This document shows, one piece after another, positions 27,912 through 36,620 of a stretch of DNA of 64,000 nucleotides. Every line of letters starts with the position of its first letter. Position 1 is the first letter of the stretch. Source of the DNA: Steroidobacteraceae bacterium (GTDB lineage: Bacteria; Pseudomonadota; Gammaproteobacteria; Steroidobacterales; Steroidobacteraceae); contig JBAUYT010000090.1 in the NCBI GenBank assembly GCA_049584935.1, positions 147 to 64,146 on the forward strand, written 5' to 3'. Under the pieces are notes generated by a model. It did no database searches, had not been told where the DNA came from, and saw only the letters and a program-made list of their open reading frames with translations. Both the position numbers and the translations under genes were made by a program.

Positions 27912-29366
27912 ATGCCGTGCTGCAGCGGTCAAGCGCACGAGGCCTGGGCGTGCTCGGGTGCTACCGTGACTTTGTCAAATACACGGCGCGCGCGGTTGGG
28001 ATTTCTGTCGGCGTTCTTTGGTTACTACGACGACGTGATGGGATCGGGATTCCGGCGCACTCAGGCACAGATCATTGCCGAAAATCGCGCCGTTCTCGAA
28101 AGCCATTTCGAGGTCATCGATTTTGGAATGATTTCCAGCCACGAGCAGGCCGGGAGTGTCGCACCAAAAATCGCCGCCGCGGGCATCGAGGTGCTGGTGT
28201 ATGCGCCGGCCATGGTCGCTCCGCCGGCGTGGATCGAGACCGCGCTGAGCGATCTTGCCTGTCCGATCCTGATCTGGAGCGCAACCCGGCAGGACGCTAT
28301 TCCCGAGGGCCTGGATCATCTGCAGGCGACGGTCCATACCTCGCTGGTCGGCGCAACGATGCTCTCGAATTGTCTGGTCAGGGGGCAAAAACGCTTCGCC
28401 GTCGTGGATGCGGTCCCAGGCAACCCTGGCGATGAGGCCAGACTCATGCGCTCCATCACGGCCGCGGTGGCCGCGCACAGACTCACCACCGCCGTGGCGC
28501 TTCGCATCGGCACTCCGATTGCCGGCTATCGCGACGTGGAATCCACCCCCGAGGAACTCGCGGCCATCGGCGTTCGTGAAGTGACCGTTCCAGTCGCAGA
28601 ACTCGAGGCGGCGTTTGCCCGCGTTGCCGCCGCCGATGTGGAGGCCGAGCTCGAGAGGCTGCAGGCGCGGTCCGGCTGGCACGCACCGCCAGCGGACGCT
28701 TCGGCCGCGAGCGCACGTCTCGCGCTGGCAATGCGCCGCCTGGCCGACGAGCATGGCGCCACCCTCGGCACCGTGAACTGCCACAGTGACTGGCTCCGGC
28801 AGAACCGGCAGATCGGCATCGTGGCCTGTCTGGGCGTATCTTGCCTGCACGAGAGCGGGATTCCGTTTTCCTGCACCGGGGATCTGCCCGCGGCCATGGC
28901 CGGATTGCTGGCGAAGACTTTGTCGGGGGCTGCCCTCTATTGCGAACTGTATGTACGCGAACCGGCGAGCGACGAATTCCTGGTGGCCGCCGGCGGCGAA
29001 GGCGATCCGGGCTGGGCCGATGGGCAGGTCACGGTGATGCCGAACCAATACTATCCGGGCCAGTGCGGCGCCGGACTGGGGGTGCGTTTCGCACTAAGGC
29101 ACGGTCCGGCAACGCTCATCGCGATGACACCAACCTCCGGGGCCTGGCGAATGATTTGGGCAGGCGGCGACATCACGGGGCGGTCCTTCTCACGGTTGGA
29201 CGGTCCGAATGGCATGTTCCGCTTCACCACCCAGCCGGGCCATCGTGCCGCCGAGGAGTGGATCGGCGCCGGGCCCACACATCATCCCGCGCTGGCGCGC
29301 GGCATTCTGGATCTGGAGCTGCCATTGGTCGCACGCCTCGCGAAGCTCGAGAGTATCCGCATCTGA
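27912..29366 (+). CDS. L-arabinose/L-fucose isomerase-like protein
   Basis: Collinear resemblance to AraA-type isomerases. Examples: LGFLSAFFGYYD against VWFVIGSQHLYG, VLVYAPAMVAPPAW, PILIWSAT, CTGDLPAAMAGLL, and WIGAGPTHHPALAR against WILAGGAHHTVFS. The start is either ATG 27912 or GTG 27966. The 27654 extension overlaps LacI-2 and is rejected. Confidence 0.55.
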   Translation: MPCCSGQAHEAWACSGATVTLSNTRRARLGFLSAFFGYYDDVMGSGFRRTQAQIIAENRAVLESHFEVIDFGMISSHEQAGSVAPKIAAAGIEVLVYAPAMVAPPAWIETALSDLACPILIWSATRQDAIPEGLDHLQATVHTSLVGATMLSNCLVRGQKRFAVVDAVPGNPGDEARLMRSITAAVAAHRLTTAVALRIGTPIAGYRDVESTPEELAAIGVREVTVPVAELEAAFARVAAADVEAELERLQARSGWHAPPADASAASARLALAMRRLADEHGATLGTVNCHSDWLRQNRQIGIVACLGVSCLHESGIPFSCTGDLPAAMAGLLAKTLSGAALYCELYVREPASDEFLVAAGGEGDPGWADGQVTVMPNQYYPGQCGAGLGVRFALRHGPATLIAMTPTSGAWRMIWAGGDITGRSFSRLDGPNGMFRFTTQPGHRAAEEWIGAGPTHHPALARGILDLELPLVARLAKLESIRI

Positions 29367-29378
29367 GCCGCCCCGCGC

Positions 29379-30263
29379 TCAGAGCGGTGCATCCACGATG
29401 CTACCCTCGCGGATGGCGATGACCAGCACACCGGTCAGGACCAACGCGCCACCGAGGATGCTCCGGGCCGTCAATCGATCCCCCAGCATCAGCACTCCCA
29501 GCAGCACCGACAGTATGGGAGAGACAACGTTGAGCGGTGCCAGCCTGCTGATCGGGTGAGCACGCACCAGCGTGTAGAACCCGCTGTGCGCGGTGAGATT
29601 ACCGAGCAGCGCCGTAATCAACACCGCGCTCCAACCATGCCAGTCCGCATGCGCGAGGGCTGCGGCTTGCCCGGATTCCAGCGTCAGTGTCAGCAGTAGC
29701 ATCAACGCCAGACCGCTCCAGGCGATCAAGGCTTGCAGCTGCAGTGGCCAGAGGCGCGCGGCGTGTCGCTTGACCATGATGAGCCCGAGCGCGCCGAGGC
29801 CCGAGGAAATGACGACCAGCGCGAGTCCAAATCTATGGTCGAACATGTGCGGATCGAAGCTGAGGATGCTCATCCCAAGCAAAGAGATGATGATCCCGGT
29901 CCAGCGGCGCCAGTGCACCACCTCGCCGAGCAGCCAAATCGACAGCAGTGTCGTAAAGGGTACGGTGAGCTGCGTGGCGATGGCAGTCGCCGATATGTTG
30001 CCCGAGTATTTGATGCCGGTGCTCAACAGGGCGACGGCCACGCCGCCCGACAACAGCGCGGCAGTCAGCAGAAAGCGCATCTGTCCCGGGTACCAGCGCA
30101 GGAAGGGCAACAAGGGCAGCGCGAACACGGTGAAACGCAAAGTGCTGAAAAGCAGCGGCGGAAACTGGTTGATGCCCACTTTGCTGGCTACCAGCGTGAT
30201 GCTCCACAGGACATTTAGTCCCAGCATCATCAGAACCGGATGGGGCTGTTGGAGCGCCTTCAC
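29379..30263 (-). CDS. DMT-superfamily EamA-like transporter
   Basis: 294 aa with ten hydrophobic segments in two similar halves, the typical EamA layout. Confidence 0.8.
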   Translation of the reverse strand: MKALQQPHPVLMMLGLNVLWSITLVASKVGINQFPPLLFSTLRFTVFALPLLPFLRWYPGQMRFLLTAALLSGGVAVALLSTGIKYSGNISATAIATQLTVPFTTLLSIWLLGEVVHWRRWTGIIISLLGMSILSFDPHMFDHRFGLALVVISSGLGALGLIMVKRHAARLWPLQLQALIAWSGLALMLLLTLTLESGQAAALAHADWHGWSAVLITALLGNLTAHSGFYTLVRAHPISRLAPLNVVSPILSVLLGVLMLGDRLTARSILGGALVLTGVLVIAIREGSIVDAPL

Positions 30264-30325
30264 TGGAGAGAGCCTCGGAGGCAGGCGAGCGCGCGCCCAC
30301 CGGCCGCAGGGCCCGGAGTCCTCGC

Positions 30326-31714
30326 TCAGCTCATGGCAACGATGGTGGCTGAGGCCTCTTCAGTCATTTGCTGCAGGGCCTCGGGCTCGTAAATCGCGAT
30401 TCGCACCTGGTATACGTCGCGTCCGAAGGCAGCTGGGCTGGGCAGATAAGTGGTTGCGCCATCCGATAGGTTGAGCACCGCAATGGCGGCATCCGGAAAG
30501 GCCTTGCGCAATTCCTGCTGGAAGCGGCTGTAGGGCTCTGCCGGTGTCGAGACGATGAAGGCATCACCGAGCCGCCAAACCGTGAACGGCATCTGCGCAT
30601 GCGAATCGTCACCGGCCAGCTCGCGTCGACCGAGCGTGCGCTCGAGACGTTCGATTTCGAAGTGCTCAGTAGCGGTGGCGAGCTGGGCCTGAATCTGCTC
30701 ACGTGTGGGCATTTCGCGCACCCGCAGCGTCGCGCTCGGGAGCTGGGCCGATAGCTGCTCGCTGATCGAATCCTTGGGCCGCAGGCGCCACACGCCGAGC
30801 GGAGTGCCCGACTCTTCGATGCCCATATACTGCAGCTGCTGTCCGGGCGGAAACATCGAGGCCAGAACCGACAGGGCGGCAAACCCCAGCTCGCGACCGT
30901 TCTGATCCGCCGCCTCGACCTGCGTCTCGTAACTACGCCGAGGGGTCATGTCCCCGGAAGCGCCGTGAAAGAATACGCAGGGCGCACCACCGGTCTCCTG
31001 CTGCACCAGCTCGCGCATGGCGCCCACGTAATCCGGCGACAGCAGCCGGTTACCGCCGCCGAGCGATACCGGATGACAGGCATAGTTGACGATGGTGGCC
31101 GAGATCTTGCCGGTGCGGTCGGTGACGCGGCCGACCAGCACTGTGTCATCGGCAGCCTCTTGCAGGTTCAGCCCGCAGATATCGCGCTGTGTGACCGCAT
31201 CGACGGCATCGCGATTGAACGCCAGGCTGCAGCGCCCATAGGCCCAGCTCAGGATCGACTCGCGCGCACCGGCTCGCGCCTGCTCGATCAGCTCGCCGCA
31301 CACCTGCGGGATCGACTCCAGGTATGGTTCGATCAGTTCTCCACCCGGTCGATCGAGGTGCCGCTTGGCCAGAAAGGGGGTGCTGTGAGAGTGCGAGGGG
31401 TGAAAAATCAGTTGCTCGCGCCGCAGTCCGCAGCGGGTCTGTACGATCGAGCGGATCTTGTCGGCGGCGAGCGGCCAGAACACCAGCGCATCCAGCGTAA
31501 TCAAGACCAATTCCGTTTTACGCGCCAGATCACGAAACAGCAGGCAACTCGCCAGCAGCGGCCGGTGGACCCCTTCGGCCACATCGTGAACAGCACTGCC
31601 CCAGGTGCGCGCATGGATGCCGACTGGAGGCGTAATCTCGCGGCTTGCGACACCGATCTCGCCGTGAAACTCCGGATGTCTCAGGCGGTTGGTCGTTTCA
31701 TGGGCAGCTGGCAT
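30326..31714 (-). CDS. Ceramidase_alk-like hydrolase paralog P3
   Basis: Contains IGVASREITPPVGI, HPSHSHSTP, NYACHPVSLGGGNRLLSPDYVGAMRE and FFHGASGDMTPRRSY. It aligns along its full length with P4 and P5. A GGGGAA SD precedes the ATG. Confidence 0.6.
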   Translation of the reverse strand: MPAAHETTNRLRHPEFHGEIGVASREITPPVGIHARTWGSAVHDVAEGVHRPLLASCLLFRDLARKTELVLITLDALVFWPLAADKIRSIVQTRCGLRREQLIFHPSHSHSTPFLAKRHLDRPGGELIEPYLESIPQVCGELIEQARAGARESILSWAYGRCSLAFNRDAVDAVTQRDICGLNLQEAADDTVLVGRVTDRTGKISATIVNYACHPVSLGGGNRLLSPDYVGAMRELVQQETGGAPCVFFHGASGDMTPRRSYETQVEAADQNGRELGFAALSVLASMFPPGQQLQYMGIEESGTPLGVWRLRPKDSISEQLSAQLPSATLRVREMPTREQIQAQLATATEHFEIERLERTLGRRELAGDDSHAQMPFTVWRLGDAFIVSTPAEPYSRFQQELRKAFPDAAIAVLNLSDGATTYLPSPAAFGRDVYQVRIAIYEPEALQQMTEEASATIVAMS

Positions 31715-31729
31715 GGAATTTCCCCTGGT

Positions 31730-32890
31730 TCAGGCATCCGCCGGCACGGCGAGTCGGCGCGATTGCTCGAGCGATGGTGGAATAACGAGAAGCAGGCCAA
31801 CCAGATAGCAACAGCCGGCCAGCGCGCCGACCGGCCAGTGTCCGGCCGATGCCACGATCATGGCGGCACAGGCCGGTCCCAGCGCGGCACCACCGGTCGT
31901 CATCGTGCAGCCGATCAGGTTCAGGCGTCCGAGGCGGTCGTAGTGGGCGAGAAGCCCCATCTGATAGGGAAGGCCATAGAACCAGGACAGCGCAATCAGT
32001 CCGCAGGCCAGCGCGAACAGCGCCGGGGTGTCTCCAAATACCAGGAGCAACGCGGCGACGACGGACACGCCCAATGAGAGGACCTGCGGCCAGAGGCGCC
32101 CCAGCCGCATTCCGAGCCAACTGGCCAGCATCGATCCGATCACACCCCAGGTGAGCATCGAAATGCCCAGCCATCGGCTGACGGATTTCGGGTCCATGCC
32201 AAGACTGACGCCGATCCTTTCCTGGTAGGCCCAAATTGCTCCGTGCCCGGTGTAGAGCAGCAGCATCATCAGTAGCACCATCACCACCCGCGGGTTCAGC
32301 AGCGCTGCGGACGCCGTCCCTGCCACCCGCTGCCGCCTCGTCGCCGTGGCGGCGGGTACGGCTGGAATCCATGGCAACAGCACGGCGGACACGGCGGCGA
32401 TCGCCGCCAGCGTCGCGAAGATCCCGGGCAGCTGCCAGGTGGCCAGAATGAACGGTGTAATGGGCATGAAGATGCCCGAATAGGCGATTGATACGGCGTT
32501 GACGATGGCAAACAGGTGCTCCGGACGCTCCTGCGCCGCACCCGCCCGCAGGTACACCGAGAACACCATGGCGCTGCCGAGCCCCACGACGAACTGGATG
32601 GCGAGCATCGGGGCGTAGCTATGGACCGAGCAAGCGATCAAATTGGCGACCGCTATGGTGATCACTCCCGTGCTCGCGAGCACCCGCTGGCGCAATCGAT
32701 GCGCCAGACCGACGAGCACCACGAAACCCACCCCCACCCCGGTCATTTCCAGCGCCGCGACGAACCCCGCTTGTGACTCCGTAAATCCCAGTCGGTCGAC
32801 CAGTGCGCCGACGATGATCGGCTGCACAGCCATGCAGCCGTTACCCACCACCGACAGCGCGTTGATGGCGATCAGCGGCTTGAATTGCAT
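31730..32890 (-). CDS. MFS transporter, paralog of 5360..6520
   Basis: It starts at the internal ATG 32890 (MQFKPLIAINAL...), which aligns with the start of the 5360 MFS. It has about 12 TM segments. Confidence 0.8.
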   Translation of the reverse strand: MQFKPLIAINALSVVGNGCMAVQPIIVGALVDRLGFTESQAGFVAALEMTGVGVGFVVLVGLAHRLRQRVLASTGVITIAVANLIACSVHSYAPMLAIQFVVGLGSAMVFSVYLRAGAAQERPEHLFAIVNAVSIAYSGIFMPITPFILATWQLPGIFATLAAIAAVSAVLLPWIPAVPAATATRRQRVAGTASAALLNPRVVMVLLMMLLLYTGHGAIWAYQERIGVSLGMDPKSVSRWLGISMLTWGVIGSMLASWLGMRLGRLWPQVLSLGVSVVAALLLVFGDTPALFALACGLIALSWFYGLPYQMGLLAHYDRLGRLNLIGCTMTTGGAALGPACAAMIVASAGHWPVGALAGCCYLVGLLLVIPPSLEQSRRLAVPADA

Positions 32891-32927
32891 GATCTGACCG
32901 CGCCTCTCAGCGCCAGCGGCATCTAAT

Positions 32928-32939
32928 GGAAACGTTTCT
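32928..32939. promoter_or_regulatory. Class-B operator candidate GGAAACGTTTCT (1 mismatch)
   Basis: Lies 38 bp upstream of the MFS start codon at 32890. Confidence 0.5.
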
Positions 32940-33046
32940 CGGGCGCGGTCGCGGATCGGGGTCGGGATCGGCGTTGCGCACTTGTGGTGCACTTTGCCAA
33001 GGCCGCCAGCTGCAGCGGCGCAGGTTGCGCCGCTCAGGGTGGCAGT

Positions 33047-33628
33047 TCACGCCTGCTTGACTCGCGCAGAGCTTGGCGTGCCGATGGTGGTTGCGTCGAC
33101 GATGGTGCCATTCTCGATTTGAATGCCGCTGCGCCGCAATTGTTCGGTAACCTGCGAGGCCAGCTTCTTTTCCAGTCGCTTGCGCTGCAGCAGATCTCGA
33201 AACCGGCCGATCACCGTAGCATCCGGTGCCGCCTCCACCACCAGATCGATGCGGGCGAATTCACGCATCGCCGCGGAATCGTACAGCGATTCTTCGACCG
33301 CCAGATCCGACAGGTTGAACCACAGCTGCAGAAAGTAGATACGCAGCATGCGCTCGAGCCATCGCGGCGCGGGCGCGTCTTCTCCCTCGAGCTGCACGCA
33401 GTACGGTTGCACCTGCTCCGCCATGCGGGCCCAGGGCACCATCCAGTCCATATCAGCGAGAAACTGCGCCCGGCGTGTCACGCGGCCGTATCGTTCCAAT
33501 CCGCTGAGCTTCTGCCGCTGCATGTTCATGCGCAGCCGCGACCGGTGGGATAGATAAATGGGATTCGCGGGATTCGCAGGCAACCGAGCAACCGATACAC
33601 GTGACATGTCGCGCCTCCGCAGGACCAT
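33047..33628 (-). pseudogene. IS5-family transposase remnant (N-terminal third only)
   Basis: ...RRAQFLADMDWMVPWARMAEQVQPY...RMLRIYFLQLWFNLSDLAVEESLYDSAAMREFARIDL...GTIVDATTIGTPSS matches the conserved N-terminal region of IS5-group transposases. It stops where the DDE catalytic domain should begin. Confidence 0.75.
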
Positions 33629-33957
33629 TCCGTCGAAGAGATAACTACCAGACAGGCGAGCCGTGCGCCTGCATCTTTCCAGTGCCTCCGGGCCTGTTGC
33701 TGCACCATGTCAGATCTCATTCCTTGGTCGACAGACACTGTTGCAAGTTGCCAACAACCCCGGCTGGCGGTCGCGACGCGTCCCCGCCTGATAAACCGGG
33801 AGCCGCATCCCGCCCTTCATCCGCATCTTCGATTTTACGGAACCGATTCCGACCCCCTCCGCTTGACCGAAATGTTCGCACTGGAGAGCAGGCCTATGCA
33901 AGCACTTTTTGACTGCAGTGGCAGGTTGACGCATTAAACGCACGGATGTGATACTAA

Positions 33958-33969
33958 GGAAACGTTTTC
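33958..33969. promoter_or_regulatory. Class-B operator candidate GGAAACGTTTTC (1 mismatch)
   Basis: Lies 165 bp upstream of the AstE-like gene ATG at 34134. Confidence 0.5.
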
Positions 33970-34133
33970 ATTCGAGCCTGCAAACGACTCCGGGCGCACT
34001 CCGGAGGCCCGCTCAAGACTGCGCTGCGCTGTCATCATGAGCGTGTCCAACCCCCCACAGGCGGGGCCGGGGCGTGTCCATGCCGAGCGACTCCGCCGCG
34101 CGCGAATCGGCCCGCCGGGTCCCAGGAGGCTGC

Positions 34134-35159
34134 ATGTCTTTGGCTGGTCATGGCTGGTGCGACATTGATTTCGACGCCGATGGTAAGCGCGTAGACCACC
34201 TGTTCATTCCCCATTCTGTCGACCGCTCGGCCTACGGCAACGTGGGCATCCCGATCGTTGTGATCAAGAATGGTGACGGACCGACCATTCTGCTCACCGG
34301 CGGAACTCACGGGGACGAATTCGAAGGGCAAATCGTTGCGACGCGGGTAGCCCGCGCCATAGAGCCGGCTGCGATACGCGGCCAGCTGATCGTCATACCG
34401 TGCCTGAATTTCCCCGCCGCGACCAGCGGCACGCGGGTGTCGCCGCTGGATGGCGGTAACCTGAATCGCGCCTTCCCAGGCGACCCGCGCGGCGGTGTAA
34501 CCCAGCAGCTTGCGCATTATCTGCATACTGTGCTTATGCCGATGGCCGACGTCATGATCGACGTCCATTCCGGTGGCGCATCCCTGGAATATCTGCCCAC
34601 GGCATTCACCAATCTGTCCGGCAACAGCGAGCTCGATCGCGCCGCGGTGAAGGCGATGCGGGTATTCGGTGCGCCGCTGTCAATGCTATTTCGGGATGAC
34701 AGCGAGGCCCGCCGTGCCGTCAGCTCGGCGCACCTCAATGACTGCCTCTATTTCGCCACCGAGATGGGGGGCGCTGGTACCGTCGGAGTCGATGCACTCG
34801 CAATCGCGCACGCGGGCACGGCGCGTCTGCTGCAACACTTCGGGCTGCTGCGGCGCATCGACGCCTTGCAGCCGATCAGGGAGGCCGAGCGCACCCGCTT
34901 CGTCCAGGTACCGAGCCGCTCCTACCAGGTGCACGCCGCGGCAATGGGCATCTTTGAACCGGTCTTCAGGCTCGGCCACCAGGTGAAGGTTGGCCAGCTG
35001 GCCGGGCTCACTTACAGCCAGTACGAGCCCACGCGCCAGCCGAGCGCGAGTTATTTCCAGGCCGACGGCTTCGTGATCTGCCGCCGCCATCCCGGACTGG
35101 TACAGCCTGGGGACTGTCTCGCGCACGTCGCGGTGGATTTCGACGTTGCCGGTCTATGA
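34134..35159 (+). CDS. Succinylglutamate desuccinylase/aspartoacylase (AstE/AspA, M14-like) family deacylase
   Basis: Contains LLTGGTHGDEFEGQ (Zn-binding HxxE block), NLNRAFPG and IDVHSGG. ATG 34134 is preceded by AGGAGG. Confidence 0.8.
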   Translation: MSLAGHGWCDIDFDADGKRVDHLFIPHSVDRSAYGNVGIPIVVIKNGDGPTILLTGGTHGDEFEGQIVATRVARAIEPAAIRGQLIVIPCLNFPAATSGTRVSPLDGGNLNRAFPGDPRGGVTQQLAHYLHTVLMPMADVMIDVHSGGASLEYLPTAFTNLSGNSELDRAAVKAMRVFGAPLSMLFRDDSEARRAVSSAHLNDCLYFATEMGGAGTVGVDALAIAHAGTARLLQHFGLLRRIDALQPIREAERTRFVQVPSRSYQVHAAAMGIFEPVFRLGHQVKVGQLAGLTYSQYEPTRQPSASYFQADGFVICRRHPGLVQPGDCLAHVAVDFDVAGL

Positions 35160-35222
35160 GCTCGGCACCTCGCGGGCGAGTACGCTGAGGCAAGTCGGCA
35201 TTGATGTAAGGAGCAAGCAGAA

Positions 35223-36620
35223 ATGTCAGCTGAGTCGACGATAACCCTTTCCAACCCCGAGTTTCGCGGACGCATCGGGGTCGCTCGGACGGTTATTACA
35301 CCACCGGTCGGTATATACGCGCGCCTATGGGGTAGCGCGGCGCACGATGTGGCCGAGGGTGTACATCGGCCTTGCTATGCCAGCTGCCTGGTGTTCCAGG
35401 ACGACTCGGGAGGCAATGAGCTGGTGCTGCTCGCTCTTGACGCCTGCATCCTGGCGCAAGAAGAAGTGATGCGCATGACCGCCGCGATCCAGGCCGGCTG
35501 TGGTCTCGCACCGGGACAATTGATCATTCACCCTTCGCATTCCCACAGCGTCCCGTCCTACGTCAGGAAACATGCCGATCGTCCCGGTGGTCACCTGATC
35601 GCACCCTATCTGGATGCCCTGCCCGCGCTCTGCCAGGGCCTCATCAGGGACGCACGGTCTGCAGCCACCGAGTCCACGTTGAGCTGGACGTACGGTCACT
35701 GCGGCCTGGCCTACAACCGCGACTTCATTGATCCAGCCAATGGCCGGGAGGTGTGCGGGCTCAATCTTCTTGCCAAGGCCGACGACACACTGCTGGTCGG
35801 GCGCGTGACCGACCGCACCGGCAAGGTCACGGCCACCATCGTGAACTATGCCTGCCACCCGGTCTCGCTGGGAGGCGCCAATCGATTGATCTCTCCAGAT
35901 TACGTTGGCGCGATGCGTGAGACCGTTGAAAAGCACACCGCGGGGGCAATCTGCGTCTTCTTCCACGGACCGTCGGGAGATCTGACTCCCAGACGCAGCT
36001 ATGAGGCGGACGTCGCGGTTCCCGACCAGAACGGTCGCGAACTGGGTTACGCCGCATTGTCCGCCCTGACCTCGATGTTCCCCCCGGGACAACAGCTGCA
36101 GTACCAGGGGATCGAGGAATCTGGCACCGCCCTGGGCGTGTGGCGGCTGTGTCCCAAGCCGAGCGTCAACAGGGCGATCTCCGCGGAGCGCATGACCACC
36201 AGGCTGCCGCTCAAGCAGATGCCAAGCCGTGCCGCCATCGAGCTGCAGCTCAAAAGTGCCACCGAACGCTATGAAATCGAGCGGCTGGAGCGAACGCTTG
36301 GCCGGCGTGAGCTGGCTGGTGAAGGCACGCAGGGAGAGTTCTACCTCAACGTTTGGCGCCTGGGCGATGCCTTCCTCGTGCTGGTGCCGGCTGAGGCCTA
36401 CAGCCAGCTGCAACTCGATCTGCGCGCACGTCACCCGGACGCCGCGGTGGCCGTGTTGAACCTGGCAAGCGGTACGTTCATGTACCTGCCTCCGCGGACG
36501 TCTTACCAGCGGCCAGATGTCTATCCGGTGCGGGTGGCGCTTTACGAATCAGGCTCGCTGGAGCAAATCGCAGCTCTGGCCGCCGATTCCATCGATCGAC
36601 TGGAGGCAGATACGCCATGA
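35223..36620 (+). CDS. Ceramidase_alk-like hydrolase paralog P4
   Basis: Contains IGVARTVITPPVGI, HPSHSHSVP, NYACHPVSLGGANRLISPDYVGAMRE and FFHGPSGDLTPRRSY. A strong AAGGAG SD is present. Confidence 0.6.
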   Translation: MSAESTITLSNPEFRGRIGVARTVITPPVGIYARLWGSAAHDVAEGVHRPCYASCLVFQDDSGGNELVLLALDACILAQEEVMRMTAAIQAGCGLAPGQLIIHPSHSHSVPSYVRKHADRPGGHLIAPYLDALPALCQGLIRDARSAATESTLSWTYGHCGLAYNRDFIDPANGREVCGLNLLAKADDTLLVGRVTDRTGKVTATIVNYACHPVSLGGANRLISPDYVGAMRETVEKHTAGAICVFFHGPSGDLTPRRSYEADVAVPDQNGRELGYAALSALTSMFPPGQQLQYQGIEESGTALGVWRLCPKPSVNRAISAERMTTRLPLKQMPSRAAIELQLKSATERYEIERLERTLGRRELAGEGTQGEFYLNVWRLGDAFLVLVPAEAYSQLQLDLRARHPDAAVAVLNLASGTFMYLPPRTSYQRPDVYPVRVALYESGSLEQIAALAADSIDRLEADTP

